Positions 1 through 9,981 of a stretch of DNA of 64,000 nucleotides are shown here, in pieces (position 1 is the stretch's first letter; each line of letters begins with the position of its first letter). The DNA lies in contig OY729428.2 in the NCBI GenBank assembly GCA_963422375.2, positions 2,592,001 to 2,656,000 on the forward strand, written 5' to 3'. The position numbers and the translations under genes were made by a program. The stretch comes from Bryobacterales bacterium. GTDB lineage: Bacteria; Acidobacteriota; Terriglobia; Bryobacterales; UBA6623. Under the pieces are notes generated by a model. It was not told the DNA's origin. It saw nothing but the letters and a program-made list of their open reading frames with translations, and did no database searches.

Positions 1-62
1 GCACGCTCGTCGTGGTGGTGGATTCCCCGCCCGGCTCCGCAGTGAGCCGGGCGATCAGCTGA
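1..62 (+). CDS. 3' end of an unidentified gene entering the window (...TLVVVVDSPPGSAVSRAIS*)
   Basis: Open frame from nt 3 to TGA at 60-62 with GC3-rich codons; too short to assign. Confidence 0.3.
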   Translation, partial: TLVVVVDSPPGSAVSRAIS

Positions 63-380
63 TCGCAAATCTACGGGGACTTGGCCGCCGGGACCGCACG
101 GTCTCCGGGGCTGGCGGGCGGGAGGCCGGTCGCGACCTCTCCGCCTGCTCTAACGCTAGCACGGCCCGAGAGGCCGTGCGAAGCAAGAATTTCTTATCGG
201 AGCCATAACCCCGCTGGGACGTCCGAAAGGGCTCCTACACTGGAATCGTACCGAGCGCCAAGCTCCTCGCCGAGCAAGGCCCGCGCCCGTTCAGCCCAGC
301 GTAGATGCTGAACCGGTCACTTGGCGCCACAAGCGCCCGTGCCGGACCCGGGCGATTTGCATCGCGAGGAGGCTATTTGG

Positions 381-3300
381 ATGGCGGGTATTCCGAAGAC
401 CGCCGTTGTGATCGGCAACGGCCCGGTCGGGCACCGGTTCTGCGAGAAGCTAGTCGAGTTCGACACCCGCGGCGCGTACCGCATCGTCACCTTCTGCGAG
501 GAGCCGCGGCCCGCGTACGATCGGGTGCGCCTGACCTCGTATTTCGCGCACAGGGATCCCGGCAAGCTCGCCGTCGGCCGGGAGGGCTGGTACCGGGAGC
601 ACGGAATCGAGCTCCGCGTGGGCGACCGCGCCACGCAAATCGACCGCTCGCGCAGGGTGGTCGTGTCCGCGGCCGGGAGCGAGATTCCATATGACCGGGT
701 CGTGCTGGCAACCGGCTCGCGACCGTTCGTGCCGCCGATCAACGGTGTCGACAAGGCCGGCGTCTTCGCCTACCGCACGATCGAGGACCTGGACGCGATC
801 ATCGACTTCGCCCGCTCGGCGCGCACTTGCGCCGTGATCGGAGGGGGCCTGCTCGGACTGGAAGCCGCCAAAGCAGCGCACGACCTCGGACTCGAGACGC
901 ACGTCGTGGAGTTCGCGCCGCGCCTTATGCCGCGGCAGCTCGACGACGAGGGGTCGCGCCTGCTCGTCGGCAAGATCGAGGACCTCGGAGTGCACGTGCA
1001 TCTGGCCAAGGCCACGCGGCAGATCCGAGGCAACGGCAGGGTCCGCGGCCTGTCCTTCGCGGACGGGGGCAGCCTAGAGGTCGACATGGTCATCGTCTCG
1101 GCCGGCATCCGCCCGCGGGACGAGCTAGCGCGTACTTGCGGCCTGGCCGTCGCGGAACGCGGCGGCGTGGCCGTCGACGACCGCCTGCAGACATCCGCTC
1201 CGGAGATCTACGCCATCGGTGAGGCAGCCTCGCACCGCGGCACGGTCTACGGTCTGATCGCTCCGGGCTGGAGGATGGCGGAGGTCGCGGCGGGGCGGCT
1301 GGCGGGGCGGGATCTCCGGTTCGAAGGAGCGGACCTGGCGGCGAAGCTCAAGCTGATGGGGGTGGATGTCGCCAGCTTCGGCAGCCACGAGACCCCGCGC
1401 GAGGACGTCGCGCCCTTCGTGGTCAAGGATCCATTCGCGGGGACGTACAAGAAGCTGCTGTTTAGCGGCGACGGCACGAGGCTGATCGGGGGCGTGCTGG
1501 TGGGCGACGCGTCCGAATACGCCAGCCTGGCCGCCCTGGCCAGCGCGGGCAAGCGGCTCGAATCCACTCCGGCGGAACTCGCCGGCGTCGGCGCGGCGGG
1601 CGGCCCCGCGACCCTCGGGGACAGCGCCCCGGTATGCAGCTGCAACGGCGTGTCGAAGGCGGCGCTGCTCGCGGCGATTCGCGACCGAGGGCTGACGACC
1701 GTGGGAGCGGTCAAGGAACGCACCGCGGCCGGCACGGGCTGCGGCGGCTGCCTGCCTCTGGTAACCAGCTTGCTGAACTCCGAGCTGGAGGCCTCGGGCC
1801 GGACGGTGAAGCGCTACGTGTGCGAGCACTTCCCGCACACCCGCCAGGACCTTTTCGAGATCGTCAAGATCAAGGGAATCCGGACCTTCGAGGAGCTGCT
1901 CCGGGATCACGGCCGCGGCCACGGCTGCGAAACCTGCAAGCCGGTCGCGACATCGATCTTCGCCTCGCTCTGGAACGAGAGCATCACCGACCCGAGCCAT
2001 CACACGCTGCAGGACACCAACGACCGATTCCTAGCCAACATGCAGCGGGGCGGACTGTACAGCGTGGTGCCCCGCGTCCCGGGCGGGGAGATCACGCCCG
2101 ACAAGCTGATCGCGCTCGGCTCGGTCGCCAAGAAATACGGCCTGTACACCAAGATCACGGGCGGCCAGCGAGTGGACCTCTTCGGGGCCCAGGTCCAGCA
2201 GCTGCCCAGCATCTGGGAGGAGCTGATCGGCGCCGGTTTCGAGAGCGGACACGCCTACGGCAAGGCCCTGCGCACGATCAAGAGCTGCGTCGGCACGACT
2301 TGGTGTCGGTACGGCGTGCAGGACTCCGTCGGCTTCGCCGTCCGGATCGAGGAGCGCTACCGGGGCATTCGCGCCCCGCACAAGGTCAAGGGGGCGGTGT
2401 CGGGTTGCGTGCGCGAGTGCGCCGAGGCGCGATCGAAGGACATCGGCCTGATCGCCACGGAGGCCGGCTACGACCTGTACGTCTGCGGCAACGGCGGCGC
2501 GAACCCAAGGCATGCGGAGCTGCTGGCTGACTCCCTGGACGAGGAAACGGCTGTCCGCTACATCGACCGGTTCTTCATGTACTACATCTCGACGGCCGAC
2601 AAGCTAACGCGCACGGCCCGGTGGGTGGAAGGGCTTGAAGGGGGCATCGAGCGGATCAGGGATGTCGTAGTTCGCGACAAGCTCGGCATTTGCGACGAGC
2701 TGGAGAGGCGCATGCAGTTCCTCGTCGACAGCTACCGCTGCGAGTGGATGGACGTGGTGAAGGACCCCGCGCGGAGGAGGCTCTTCCGCCAGTTCGTCAA
2801 TAGCGACGAGAACGAGGCCGGCATTGAGATCGTGCGCGAGCGCGGACAGAGCAGGCCCGCCGACTGGCCGAAGGACTCCGTGAGCCTGGACCGGATCAAG
2901 CTGCCGGACGGGCGGCCGATTCAGGTCGCGCCCCCCGGGAAGGCGCAGCGGAAGCCCCGCAAGCTGCAATGGGTCCGCGTGGGACGGGTCGCGGACTTCC
3001 CGCCCGACGGCGGGGCGGCCGTGAAGTACGGCGACACGCAGATCGCCGTGTTCAACCTGACCAGGCAAGGGACGTGGCGCGCGTGCCAGAACATGTGCCC
3101 GCACATGAACGCCTTCGTGCTGGCGCGAGGGATCACGGGCAGCACCGAGACTGCTGCGAAGGTCACCTGCCCGCTGCACAAGAAGCCGTTCTCGCTCGCG
3201 ACCGGCGAGTGCCTGTCGGGCGAGCCGTACGCCCTGAAGGTGTTCCCCGTACGAGTCGCGAGCGACGCAATCTACCTGCTGCTGCCTCCCGCCAGGCAGC

Positions 3301-3383
3301 TTGACGCCGTCCTCGGCACGAACCTGCACGCGGTCCAAGCGTGCGACGCCGCGGGGGCGCACGTGCGCGCATCCCTCGCGTGA
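381..3383 (+). CDS. nirB: NADH-dependent siroheme nitrite reductase large subunit fused to a C-terminal NirD-type Rieske domain
   Basis: GGAGG SD before ATG 381; FAD motif VIGNGPVG; NADH motif IGGGLLGLEAA; BFD-like CSCN...GTGCGGC and CEHF...GCETC; siroheme/4Fe-4S motifs CVGTTWC and SGCVREC; C-terminal Rieske CPH...CPLH. Confidence 0.95.
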   Translation: MAGIPKTAVVIGNGPVGHRFCEKLVEFDTRGAYRIVTFCEEPRPAYDRVRLTSYFAHRDPGKLAVGREGWYREHGIELRVGDRATQIDRSRRVVVSAAGSEIPYDRVVLATGSRPFVPPINGVDKAGVFAYRTIEDLDAIIDFARSARTCAVIGGGLLGLEAAKAAHDLGLETHVVEFAPRLMPRQLDDEGSRLLVGKIEDLGVHVHLAKATRQIRGNGRVRGLSFADGGSLEVDMVIVSAGIRPRDELARTCGLAVAERGGVAVDDRLQTSAPEIYAIGEAASHRGTVYGLIAPGWRMAEVAAGRLAGRDLRFEGADLAAKLKLMGVDVASFGSHETPREDVAPFVVKDPFAGTYKKLLFSGDGTRLIGGVLVGDASEYASLAALASAGKRLESTPAELAGVGAAGGPATLGDSAPVCSCNGVSKAALLAAIRDRGLTTVGAVKERTAAGTGCGGCLPLVTSLLNSELEASGRTVKRYVCEHFPHTRQDLFEIVKIKGIRTFEELLRDHGRGHGCETCKPVATSIFASLWNESITDPSHHTLQDTNDRFLANMQRGGLYSVVPRVPGGEITPDKLIALGSVAKKYGLYTKITGGQRVDLFGAQVQQLPSIWEELIGAGFESGHAYGKALRTIKSCVGTTWCRYGVQDSVGFAVRIEERYRGIRAPHKVKGAVSGCVRECAEARSKDIGLIATEAGYDLYVCGNGGANPRHAELLADSLDEETAVRYIDRFFMYYISTADKLTRTARWVEGLEGGIERIRDVVVRDKLGICDELERRMQFLVDSYRCEWMDVVKDPARRRLFRQFVNSDENEAGIEIVRERGQSRPADWPKDSVSLDRIKLPDGRPIQVAPPGKAQRKPRKLQWVRVGRVADFPPDGGAAVKYGDTQIAVFNLTRQGTWRACQNMCPHMNAFVLARGITGSTETAAKVTCPLHKKPFSLATGECLSGEPYALKVFPVRVASDAIYLLLPPARQLDAVLGTNLHAVQACDAAGAHVRASLA

Positions 3384-3442
3384 GAGTGGCGGATGCACTG
3401 GGAGACGATGGCTGGAAGGGAGCGGGAGTAGAGGTGAGAGGA

Positions 3443-4222
3443 ATGGACGGAGCCGCAGTGATCGATCCAACCGACATGAGAACGGAAGCCGACCGGCAAT
3501 TCGACGCATGGTCGGACCCCGACCGAGGCGACCATCTCGACTTCCTGCATCGGATCAGCGGGCGTCTCGCCGTGGCCGATCCGCTGCACGAGGTGCTTGA
3601 TCAGATCGTCGACTTCCTGAACGTCGTGGTCGGCGCCGACTCGTGCTTCATCTACGTGCTCGAGGGCAAGGCACTTGTCCTGCGAGCGTCAAAGAACCCC
3701 CATCCCGAGTCAGTCGACAACCTCCGCATTCCCGTGGGCGAAGGCATCACGGGGTGGGTAGCGCAGCACCGCGAGACCGTGGCGATTTCCCGCGGAGCAA
3801 CGCGCGATGCCCGCTTCCGGAGCTTCAGCCAGCTTCCGGAGGATCGATTCGAAGCGTTCCTGTCCGTGCCGATTCTGGCCGGAGGGCGCCTGATCGGAGT
3901 GCTGAACCTGCAGCACCGCGGCAGCCACGCCCACTCGCAGCAGGAGGTCAAGCTCGTGTCCACGATCGGTCATCTGGTCGGGGCGGAGGTCGAGAGGGCC
4001 AGGCTGGAGTCCGAGGTCACGAAGCTGACGGTCCAGCTGGAAACACGCAAGGTCACCGAACGAGCCAAGGGGATCCTGCAACGCGACCTAGGCTTGACCG
4101 AGGAGCAGGCCTACCTCAAGCTGCAGCAGGAAAGCCGCCGGCGCCGAATCCCGATGAAGCAGGTGGCCGAGGCCGTAGTTCTCTCGGACGACCTGCGGCG
4201 GGCCGGCGACGCGAAGCCTTGA
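3443..4222 (+). CDS. GAF + ANTAR domain RNA-binding antiterminator (NasT/NasR-like role inferred)
   Basis: GAF segment (GEGITGWVA...FLSVPIL...IGVLNLQ) followed by ANTAR consensus LETRKVTERAKGILQRDLGLTEEQAYLKLQQESRRRRIPMKQVAEAVV; start at 3443 or 3476 uncertain. Confidence 0.88.
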   Translation: MDGAAVIDPTDMRTEADRQFDAWSDPDRGDHLDFLHRISGRLAVADPLHEVLDQIVDFLNVVVGADSCFIYVLEGKALVLRASKNPHPESVDNLRIPVGEGITGWVAQHRETVAISRGATRDARFRSFSQLPEDRFEAFLSVPILAGGRLIGVLNLQHRGSHAHSQQEVKLVSTIGHLVGAEVERARLESEVTKLTVQLETRKVTERAKGILQRDLGLTEEQAYLKLQQESRRRRIPMKQVAEAVVLSDDLRRAGDAKP

Positions 4223-4547
4223 TCGCGACCGGCGGGGAGCGCAGGCCCGGCCCGCGGGGCCGCTCCGAGCCCACGGTTGGCGACGGACCCTCGCGTCGCG
4301 GGCGGGCTTGGCCCTCGGTACCGCAAGCGGCGACCAATCCCGGGCGAAGCCGGTTCATTTCCCGCGACGGGTTCGTGTCGAGCGCGTCTTGGCCTCGGAG
4401 GGCCTGCTCCAAACTCGAGGTCGTTGGAGCCCCCCGAGGCTTGCGATCACGGCTCTCGGCGTAGCAACGGACGGAGCGCCGACGGCACTTCGCAAACGGC
4501 TCGAGCGGGCTCGATCCTAGCCAGCCGAGCACCAGTTTCGGCCGCTG

Positions 4548-5015
4548 GTCGACGCGCCCCTCGCGGACTTCGCACTGCTCGCTGCGGCGATGCACACGGC
4601 ATGGATGCTCGCGGTGACCGGGGGGACGAAAAGCGATTGCATGTATTCCGTCGGCGTCGTCTACAACACTTTCCCTACGCCGCCCGCCCTAGCGAGCGGG
4701 CAGGCTGGCCCCTCGCCTCTGGCACCGCTCCCACGGGCCGGCCTCGATGCACGGGGCGCCCACCCCAGCGCGACGCTAGCGAGTCTCTTTGACCCCGACC
4801 TGACACCGCCGAAGCTCCGACGTGCTCGCCGAACGCTCGATCGCGCCGTGGACCGTCTTCTCCGCAAAGCCCAATTCACATCGAACCGCGAATGCGTGGA
4901 GTACCTGTTCGCTCTCCGAGAGCGCAGGCAAGCGCCGGTCACAGCGGAGACCAAGGACAGGGCCAAGCGACGACTGCGGGCAAGAATACCGCGTCGAGGC
5001 CACTCGAGCGGCTGA
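4548..5015 (+). pseudogene. Isolated C-terminal remnant of an MmeI-like (type IIL) restriction-modification enzyme
   Basis: ADFALL..AMHTAWMLAV.G..KSD..YSVGVVYNTFP.P...LDARGAHPSATLASLFDPDL.PP.LR.A...LDRAVDRL matches the MmeI/YeeA C-terminal pattern; nuclease and MTase domains absent. Confidence 0.75.
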
Positions 5016-5445
5016 AATCCCAGCCGCAGGCAGGGATTCCGCCCAGCCCCGCTCGCCAAACTGGCAACGCCGCCCCTCGGCGACGGGTCATGGTGCGGCT
5101 CGGGCCCCGCGCGTTCGGCCGAAGCCCGCGCCATATTGAGAGCCCACGCGAGCCGCTCTCAACGCGGAGCATCGCTGGGTTGCGGATCGCAGCCGCGTCC
5201 TCCGCCGGGCCGCCTGCACGTCCAACCGACATCGAGCCGGCCCGAACCCAACTTGCCTTCCCCCGCACGCCAGTTCATCACCTTCCTGTCCCCCGTGCTG
5301 TATGGTATGTACGGATGGCCGGGCAGTCGCGGCGTATCCGCCGGCATGGACGATGCCGCATGACATGCAGGCTGCACGACGGGCGATCCTGCAACATCGC
5401 GTCCGTGCCGCCTAGGCAGTGGATCGGGATGAACAGCGACATGAA

Positions 5446-6699
5446 ATGAAAGTGGACAGACGCTTCGCATTGAAGGGGATCGGGGGCGCGCTCACCCTGC
5501 CCCTCCTGGAATCCGCCGTGCCAGCCGCCCAGCCGCCACCTACGCGGTTCCTGGTCGTGGGCAACCCCTTGGGAATGCATCCGGAGCACTTTTTCCCGGC
5601 GGGTTACGGGAAGGGTGTCACGCTACCCGCAACCCTTCGATCTCTCGACTGGCTTCGGGATCGACTCACGATTCTGTCGCACACGGACCACGGCATGAAC
5701 AACGGCCACGGCCGTGAAATCTCGTTCCTGAACGGCATCCTGCCGGAGACCAGCTCGGCCTTCCCCGAAAAGAACGTCTCGGTCGACCAGTTGATGGCCC
5801 GTCGTACGTACGGCAGCGTGCGGTTTCCATCGGTTCATGCGGCTCTGGGAAACGGGATTCGGATGAGCTGGAATGCCAACGGCGTCGATCTCAAGCCGTT
5901 CACCGACCCGCACAGGCTCTTCGATCACCTATTCCTCAATCTGACCGCCGAGCAGAAGACGGCCCGAAGGGAGTTGATCGCACGCAACGGCAGCATACTT
6001 GACGCAGTGGGAGATCAGCTTGCAAGCTTGCAGCGGCGAGCCGGCAGACGGGATCTGGAGCGTCTGGATCAGTACGCAACCTCCGTCCGTGAGATGGAAG
6101 GGAGCCTCTCGGCCCGCAGCGAGTGGATCGACCGCAATAAGCCGAAATTCGACATTTCGCGGCACTTCGCCGGCTCCGAGACTACCATCGGAAACCAATA
6201 CAACGCGATCTTCGACATGGTCGGGTATGCCTTCGAAACCGACCTGACGCGCGTCGCCACCGTGGCTTTCCCGAACGAGCTGAGCTACACCGACATCGAC
6301 GGAGTGACGCGCGGCTACCACGCTTGCACGCACAACGGCAAGAAAGAGGACGTGATCGCCGAACTGGTAGCGATCGAGTCGTTCCAAGTCGCCCAGCTGT
6401 CTCGTTGCCTGCGCAAGCTCGACGCCGTTCGGGAGCGGAACTCGGACGGCACGCTGCTGGATCACACGATCGTACTGTTTGGCAGCGGCATGGGATACGG
6501 CGGGACGCATTCCAACCGGAACTTGCCGATCCTAGTCGCTGGCGGAGGCTTCCGGCATTTGGGCCACGTCGATGCGAGTGGACGGGACGGCATCAGTATG
6601 CCGCTATGCAACCTCTACGTCACGCTGCTGCAGCGCTTCGGCGTGGAGATGGACAGGTTCAACGTCAGCACCGGATCATTCGAGTTTCGTCATGGGTAG
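5446..6699 (+). CDS. DUF1552 domain protein with twin-arginine-like N-terminus
   Basis: DRRFALKGIGGALTLPLLES N-terminus; AFETDLTRVAT, YHACTH, GTLLDHTIVLFGSGM..G..HSNRNLPILVAGG motifs. Confidence 0.88.
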   Translation: MKVDRRFALKGIGGALTLPLLESAVPAAQPPPTRFLVVGNPLGMHPEHFFPAGYGKGVTLPATLRSLDWLRDRLTILSHTDHGMNNGHGREISFLNGILPETSSAFPEKNVSVDQLMARRTYGSVRFPSVHAALGNGIRMSWNANGVDLKPFTDPHRLFDHLFLNLTAEQKTARRELIARNGSILDAVGDQLASLQRRAGRRDLERLDQYATSVREMEGSLSARSEWIDRNKPKFDISRHFAGSETTIGNQYNAIFDMVGYAFETDLTRVATVAFPNELSYTDIDGVTRGYHACTHNGKKEDVIAELVAIESFQVAQLSRCLRKLDAVRERNSDGTLLDHTIVLFGSGMGYGGTHSNRNLPILVAGGGFRHLGHVDASGRDGISMPLCNLYVTLLQRFGVEMDRFNVSTGSFEFRHG

Positions 6700-9241
6700 C
6701 GCGCGCCGCGCGGCGCTACTGCTTGCCGCGTTCAACACGGTGCTATCGGCTGCCGCCGACGGTGACGGAACGCGTATCCCGCGCCTGCTCGACACACACT
6801 GTGCGAGCTGCCATTCCGGTGCTGAGCCGAGCGGCGGCTTTCGTGTCGTTTCGCTGGCCGGAAGCGCGGACCGAAGCAACGCCGATCTGTGGCGGAAGAG
6901 CCTGGAATACGTGCGAGCCGAATTCATGCCTCCGGCAGATGCAGGGCGGCTGGGGAACGCGGATCGACGCCAATTGATCTCGTTTCTTGAAGCAGGAATG
7001 CGCGGCACGGAGGCTCCAGCCGAAGAGCCAACGAGAGCCGTGCCGCGGCGATTGAACAATCGCGAACTCGCCAACAGCGTCCGCGACGTGCTGATGATCG
7101 AAGACGTCGGAACGCACCAGCCGATGGCCGACCTTCTCGGCGATACGCTGCATGACGGCTTCGATACGGACGGCGACGCCTTGGGGATGAGCCAGTTCCA
7201 CCTAGAACAGTACATCGGAGCGTTCCGGAAGATCGTGGACGCGACGGTCCTGTCTGGCCCGAGGCCGGAGGCGCGTCGCTACATGGTTGCGGCCAGCGAC
7301 TTGCAGATGACAAGCCTGTCGCAGCGGAGGGGACGGGAGAGAGCGAACCGCACGCCTGCGAGTATCGACTTCCTGGACCCGCGGCTGCGCGTATACTTCG
7401 CAAATTTCGAGAGGGCTCCGGCGACGGGCAGGTATCGCATCAGAATCCGAGCCGCGGGGATAGACCGCGACGTTTACGACTCAGAAGCGACAGGCATCTA
7501 CGGCAGCGATCCGATTCGCCTGAGCGTCCACCTCGGGGACCGGATCCGTACCTTTGACCTTCCCGACGGGACCTCGACCGAGATCGGCTTGGACGAGTGG
7601 ATCGCGGCGGGGACGAGACTCGAGCTGTCGTATCCGACGGACGGCTTGCGGCTGCGCGGCAACGGGAACTTCAAGTTCCAGTTCCAGATTGCGCACGATC
7701 ACATCAAGAGGACGGACCCGGAGCTGTTCGCGGCCGTCTTGAAGGACAAGCTGGTCAAGGCTCCGGCGCGAACCGCGCGCAGTCCGCGGCATTGGAGCCA
7801 CTGGACGGAACAGTGGCAAGGTCCGCGGCCGCGCCTGTTCAGCGCCGAGATAGAAGGTCCCCTCTACGAGAGCTGGCCGCCACGGCGGCAGGTCGCCTTG
7901 ATCGGGGCGGAAGCGAGGGTGCAACACGCGGACGCCATCCTTCGCCCGATCGCGGCAAGGGCGTGGCGTCGACGCCCGCGCGGAGAAGAGCTGGACCCGA
8001 TCATCCGCCTGGTACGGTCCAGAGCAGCCGAGGAACCGTCCGCCCGGGCGGACATCGAAGCACTAAAGGAAGGCATCGTTGCGATTCTCGCGTCACCAGC
8101 ATTCCTGCTCGTCAATTCGGACGATGGCACGCCCGCTGACCGCTTCGCGTCCAAGCTCAGCTACTTCCTCCAAGGCACGATTCCGGACGGGCGCATCCAA
8201 GAGGCTGCTCGCAGCGGCGAGCTTGCCACGTTCGAGGCGGTTCGCACCGAAACTCTCCGTCAGTTCGAGCGCTCGGAGGCCGACGAATTCCTGAGGGCGT
8301 TTCCTCATGCGTGGCTGGAACTGGATCGGATTAACTTCATGGCTCCCGATCCTGACCGCTTCCCGCTGTATAGCCGCAAGCGGCTGAGCGAGGACATGGT
8401 AGCCGAGGCGCTGCGGTTTTTTCGGCACGTGGTGGAGAACAACCGTCCTGTCTCCGAGCTGCTCTCGGCGGATTACACGTTCTTGAACGCGGACCTAGCC
8501 AAGGTCTATGGCATCGGTGACGTGCCGCGCGACTCGCAGCTGCGCAAGTACACGTTTGCCGACGGCCGGAGGGGCGGCCTGCTCGGAATGGGAGCTTTTC
8601 TTACCCTGACAGCCGACAGCCTTTCAACCTCGCCTATCCACAGGGCGGTATATGTCATGGAGAAATTTCTAGGGATTCGCCCGGCACCGCCTCCGGCCGA
8701 CGTCGAGATTGCGGAGCCTGATGTCCGCCAGGCGAGGACGATTAAGGAAATTCTCGCTGCTCACACAGCCGATCCGACCTGCGCATCCTGTCACCGGAGC
8801 ATCGATCCCTACGGCTACGCCTTCGAAAATTTCGATCCGATCGGCGCGTGGCGCGACGAATACACGGCGCATATCGCTTCCAAGCCATCCCGCCAATCGT
8901 TGCAGGAGATCGAGAATCAGGATCGTGTGAGAGCCGCTAGAGGATTGCCTCCCGTCGAGAAGCCATGGAACAACGAGCCGATTCCCATCGATGCCGCGTC
9001 CCAGCTCCCCGGCGGGGCCGACTACCTCAATATCGTCGAGTTTCGTAAGCACCTACTTGACGATGAGAACAGAGACCGGTTCGTACGCTGCTTCATCGAA
9101 ATGCTTCTGACCTACGCAAACGGCGGGAAACTCGAAAATCTATCTGACATCGAGACCATTCTGGCTAAGTCCGTGGAGAACGAATATCGGATTATCGACA
9201 CGATCGCCGCCGTGATCGACAGCCCGCTGTTCCGCAACTAA
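6692..9241 (+). CDS. DUF1592/DUF1588/DUF1587-type exported protein with two c-type heme motifs
   Basis: Signal peptide; CASCH twice; RRLNNRE..N.VRD, ASKLSYFL, RGGLLGMGAFL, TSPIHR, IDP.G.AFENFDPIG.WR motifs; overlaps the DUF1552 gene end. Confidence 0.88.
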   Translation: MGSARRAALLLAAFNTVLSAAADGDGTRIPRLLDTHCASCHSGAEPSGGFRVVSLAGSADRSNADLWRKSLEYVRAEFMPPADAGRLGNADRRQLISFLEAGMRGTEAPAEEPTRAVPRRLNNRELANSVRDVLMIEDVGTHQPMADLLGDTLHDGFDTDGDALGMSQFHLEQYIGAFRKIVDATVLSGPRPEARRYMVAASDLQMTSLSQRRGRERANRTPASIDFLDPRLRVYFANFERAPATGRYRIRIRAAGIDRDVYDSEATGIYGSDPIRLSVHLGDRIRTFDLPDGTSTEIGLDEWIAAGTRLELSYPTDGLRLRGNGNFKFQFQIAHDHIKRTDPELFAAVLKDKLVKAPARTARSPRHWSHWTEQWQGPRPRLFSAEIEGPLYESWPPRRQVALIGAEARVQHADAILRPIAARAWRRRPRGEELDPIIRLVRSRAAEEPSARADIEALKEGIVAILASPAFLLVNSDDGTPADRFASKLSYFLQGTIPDGRIQEAARSGELATFEAVRTETLRQFERSEADEFLRAFPHAWLELDRINFMAPDPDRFPLYSRKRLSEDMVAEALRFFRHVVENNRPVSELLSADYTFLNADLAKVYGIGDVPRDSQLRKYTFADGRRGGLLGMGAFLTLTADSLSTSPIHRAVYVMEKFLGIRPAPPPADVEIAEPDVRQARTIKEILAAHTADPTCASCHRSIDPYGYAFENFDPIGAWRDEYTAHIASKPSRQSLQEIENQDRVRAARGLPPVEKPWNNEPIPIDAASQLPGGADYLNIVEFRKHLLDDENRDRFVRCFIEMLLTYANGGKLENLSDIETILAKSVENEYRIIDTIAAVIDSPLFRN

Positions 9242-9244
9242 GTA

Positions 9245-9499
9245 GTGCTTGTGACAAAACCCCTGAATTCTGGCCTGATCAGCATTTCATACTACATTCT
9301 GATGTCGGATGGATCTCCAAACACAACATATAGGGCCCAAGGTCGGAAGTTGCTCAGCCGCCAATCGCGAAGATTTCCGCGCTCTACCCAGAATTGGCAG
9401 GATTTCGGACTAGTCGTAGCATTCCAGTGAAATCTTCGCCTTGAGAGATTGGACCTAACGCCTTTTTTGTCAAGGGGATACGAGTTTTGTCACAGGCAC
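9245..9499. mobile_element. 255-bp MITE, copy A (ISNCY-like TIRs)
   Basis: TIRs GTGCTTGTGACAAAAC / GTTTTGTCACAGGCAC; 6-bp TSD TAAGTA at 9239-9244 and 9500-9505; near-identical inverted copy at 34403-34657. Confidence 0.93.
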
Positions 9500-9981
9500 T
9501 AAGTACTTGAGATAGACAGCAAGACCCTCGAGCCCGTTAATCGCGTTGGCTGCGCGCTCTCTGGGGCGGCTTGGCTTGACATCGTCAGGCCGAATCGTGC
9601 CACGATCTCGTTCGTCGATTTCAGCGACTGGATCTGCCAGTACGGGATCTTCTCGTGCCGAAGAGACGCAAGCATTGTCCTATGCCATGCGAACCTCATC
9701 TCAGGAAGGAAATTGGCGAGATCTAGGCGATGGAATTCCAAGTTTCACTGCAGGCAGACAGCTTGATCACTTACGGCAGACCGGACGGTCCGAAACGCAG
9801 GAGAACCAGAAGACATTATATCGGAAATGGTTTATGCCCAAGATGACTTCTGCGTAGCCCAAGTTGATCGGGTTCTCTGCCGATGCCGGGGTCTCGTACC
9901 CCGAAGGACTGGACCGGCAGCCGAGAGTTTTTCTGTCTCCTTCCGGCATGTTGCCGGAGCGGGGACAGGCATGGCCGCTGT

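Noticed and set aside
63..380. ANTAR-target dual hairpin upstream of nirB
   Set aside because: Hairpins exist (e.g. GCACGGCC-CGAGA-GGCCGTGC at 159-179) but none has the paired hexaloops with A1/G4.
9506..9860. Short ORFs in the AT-richer patch after MITE A
   Set aside because: No motifs, SD or consistent frame.
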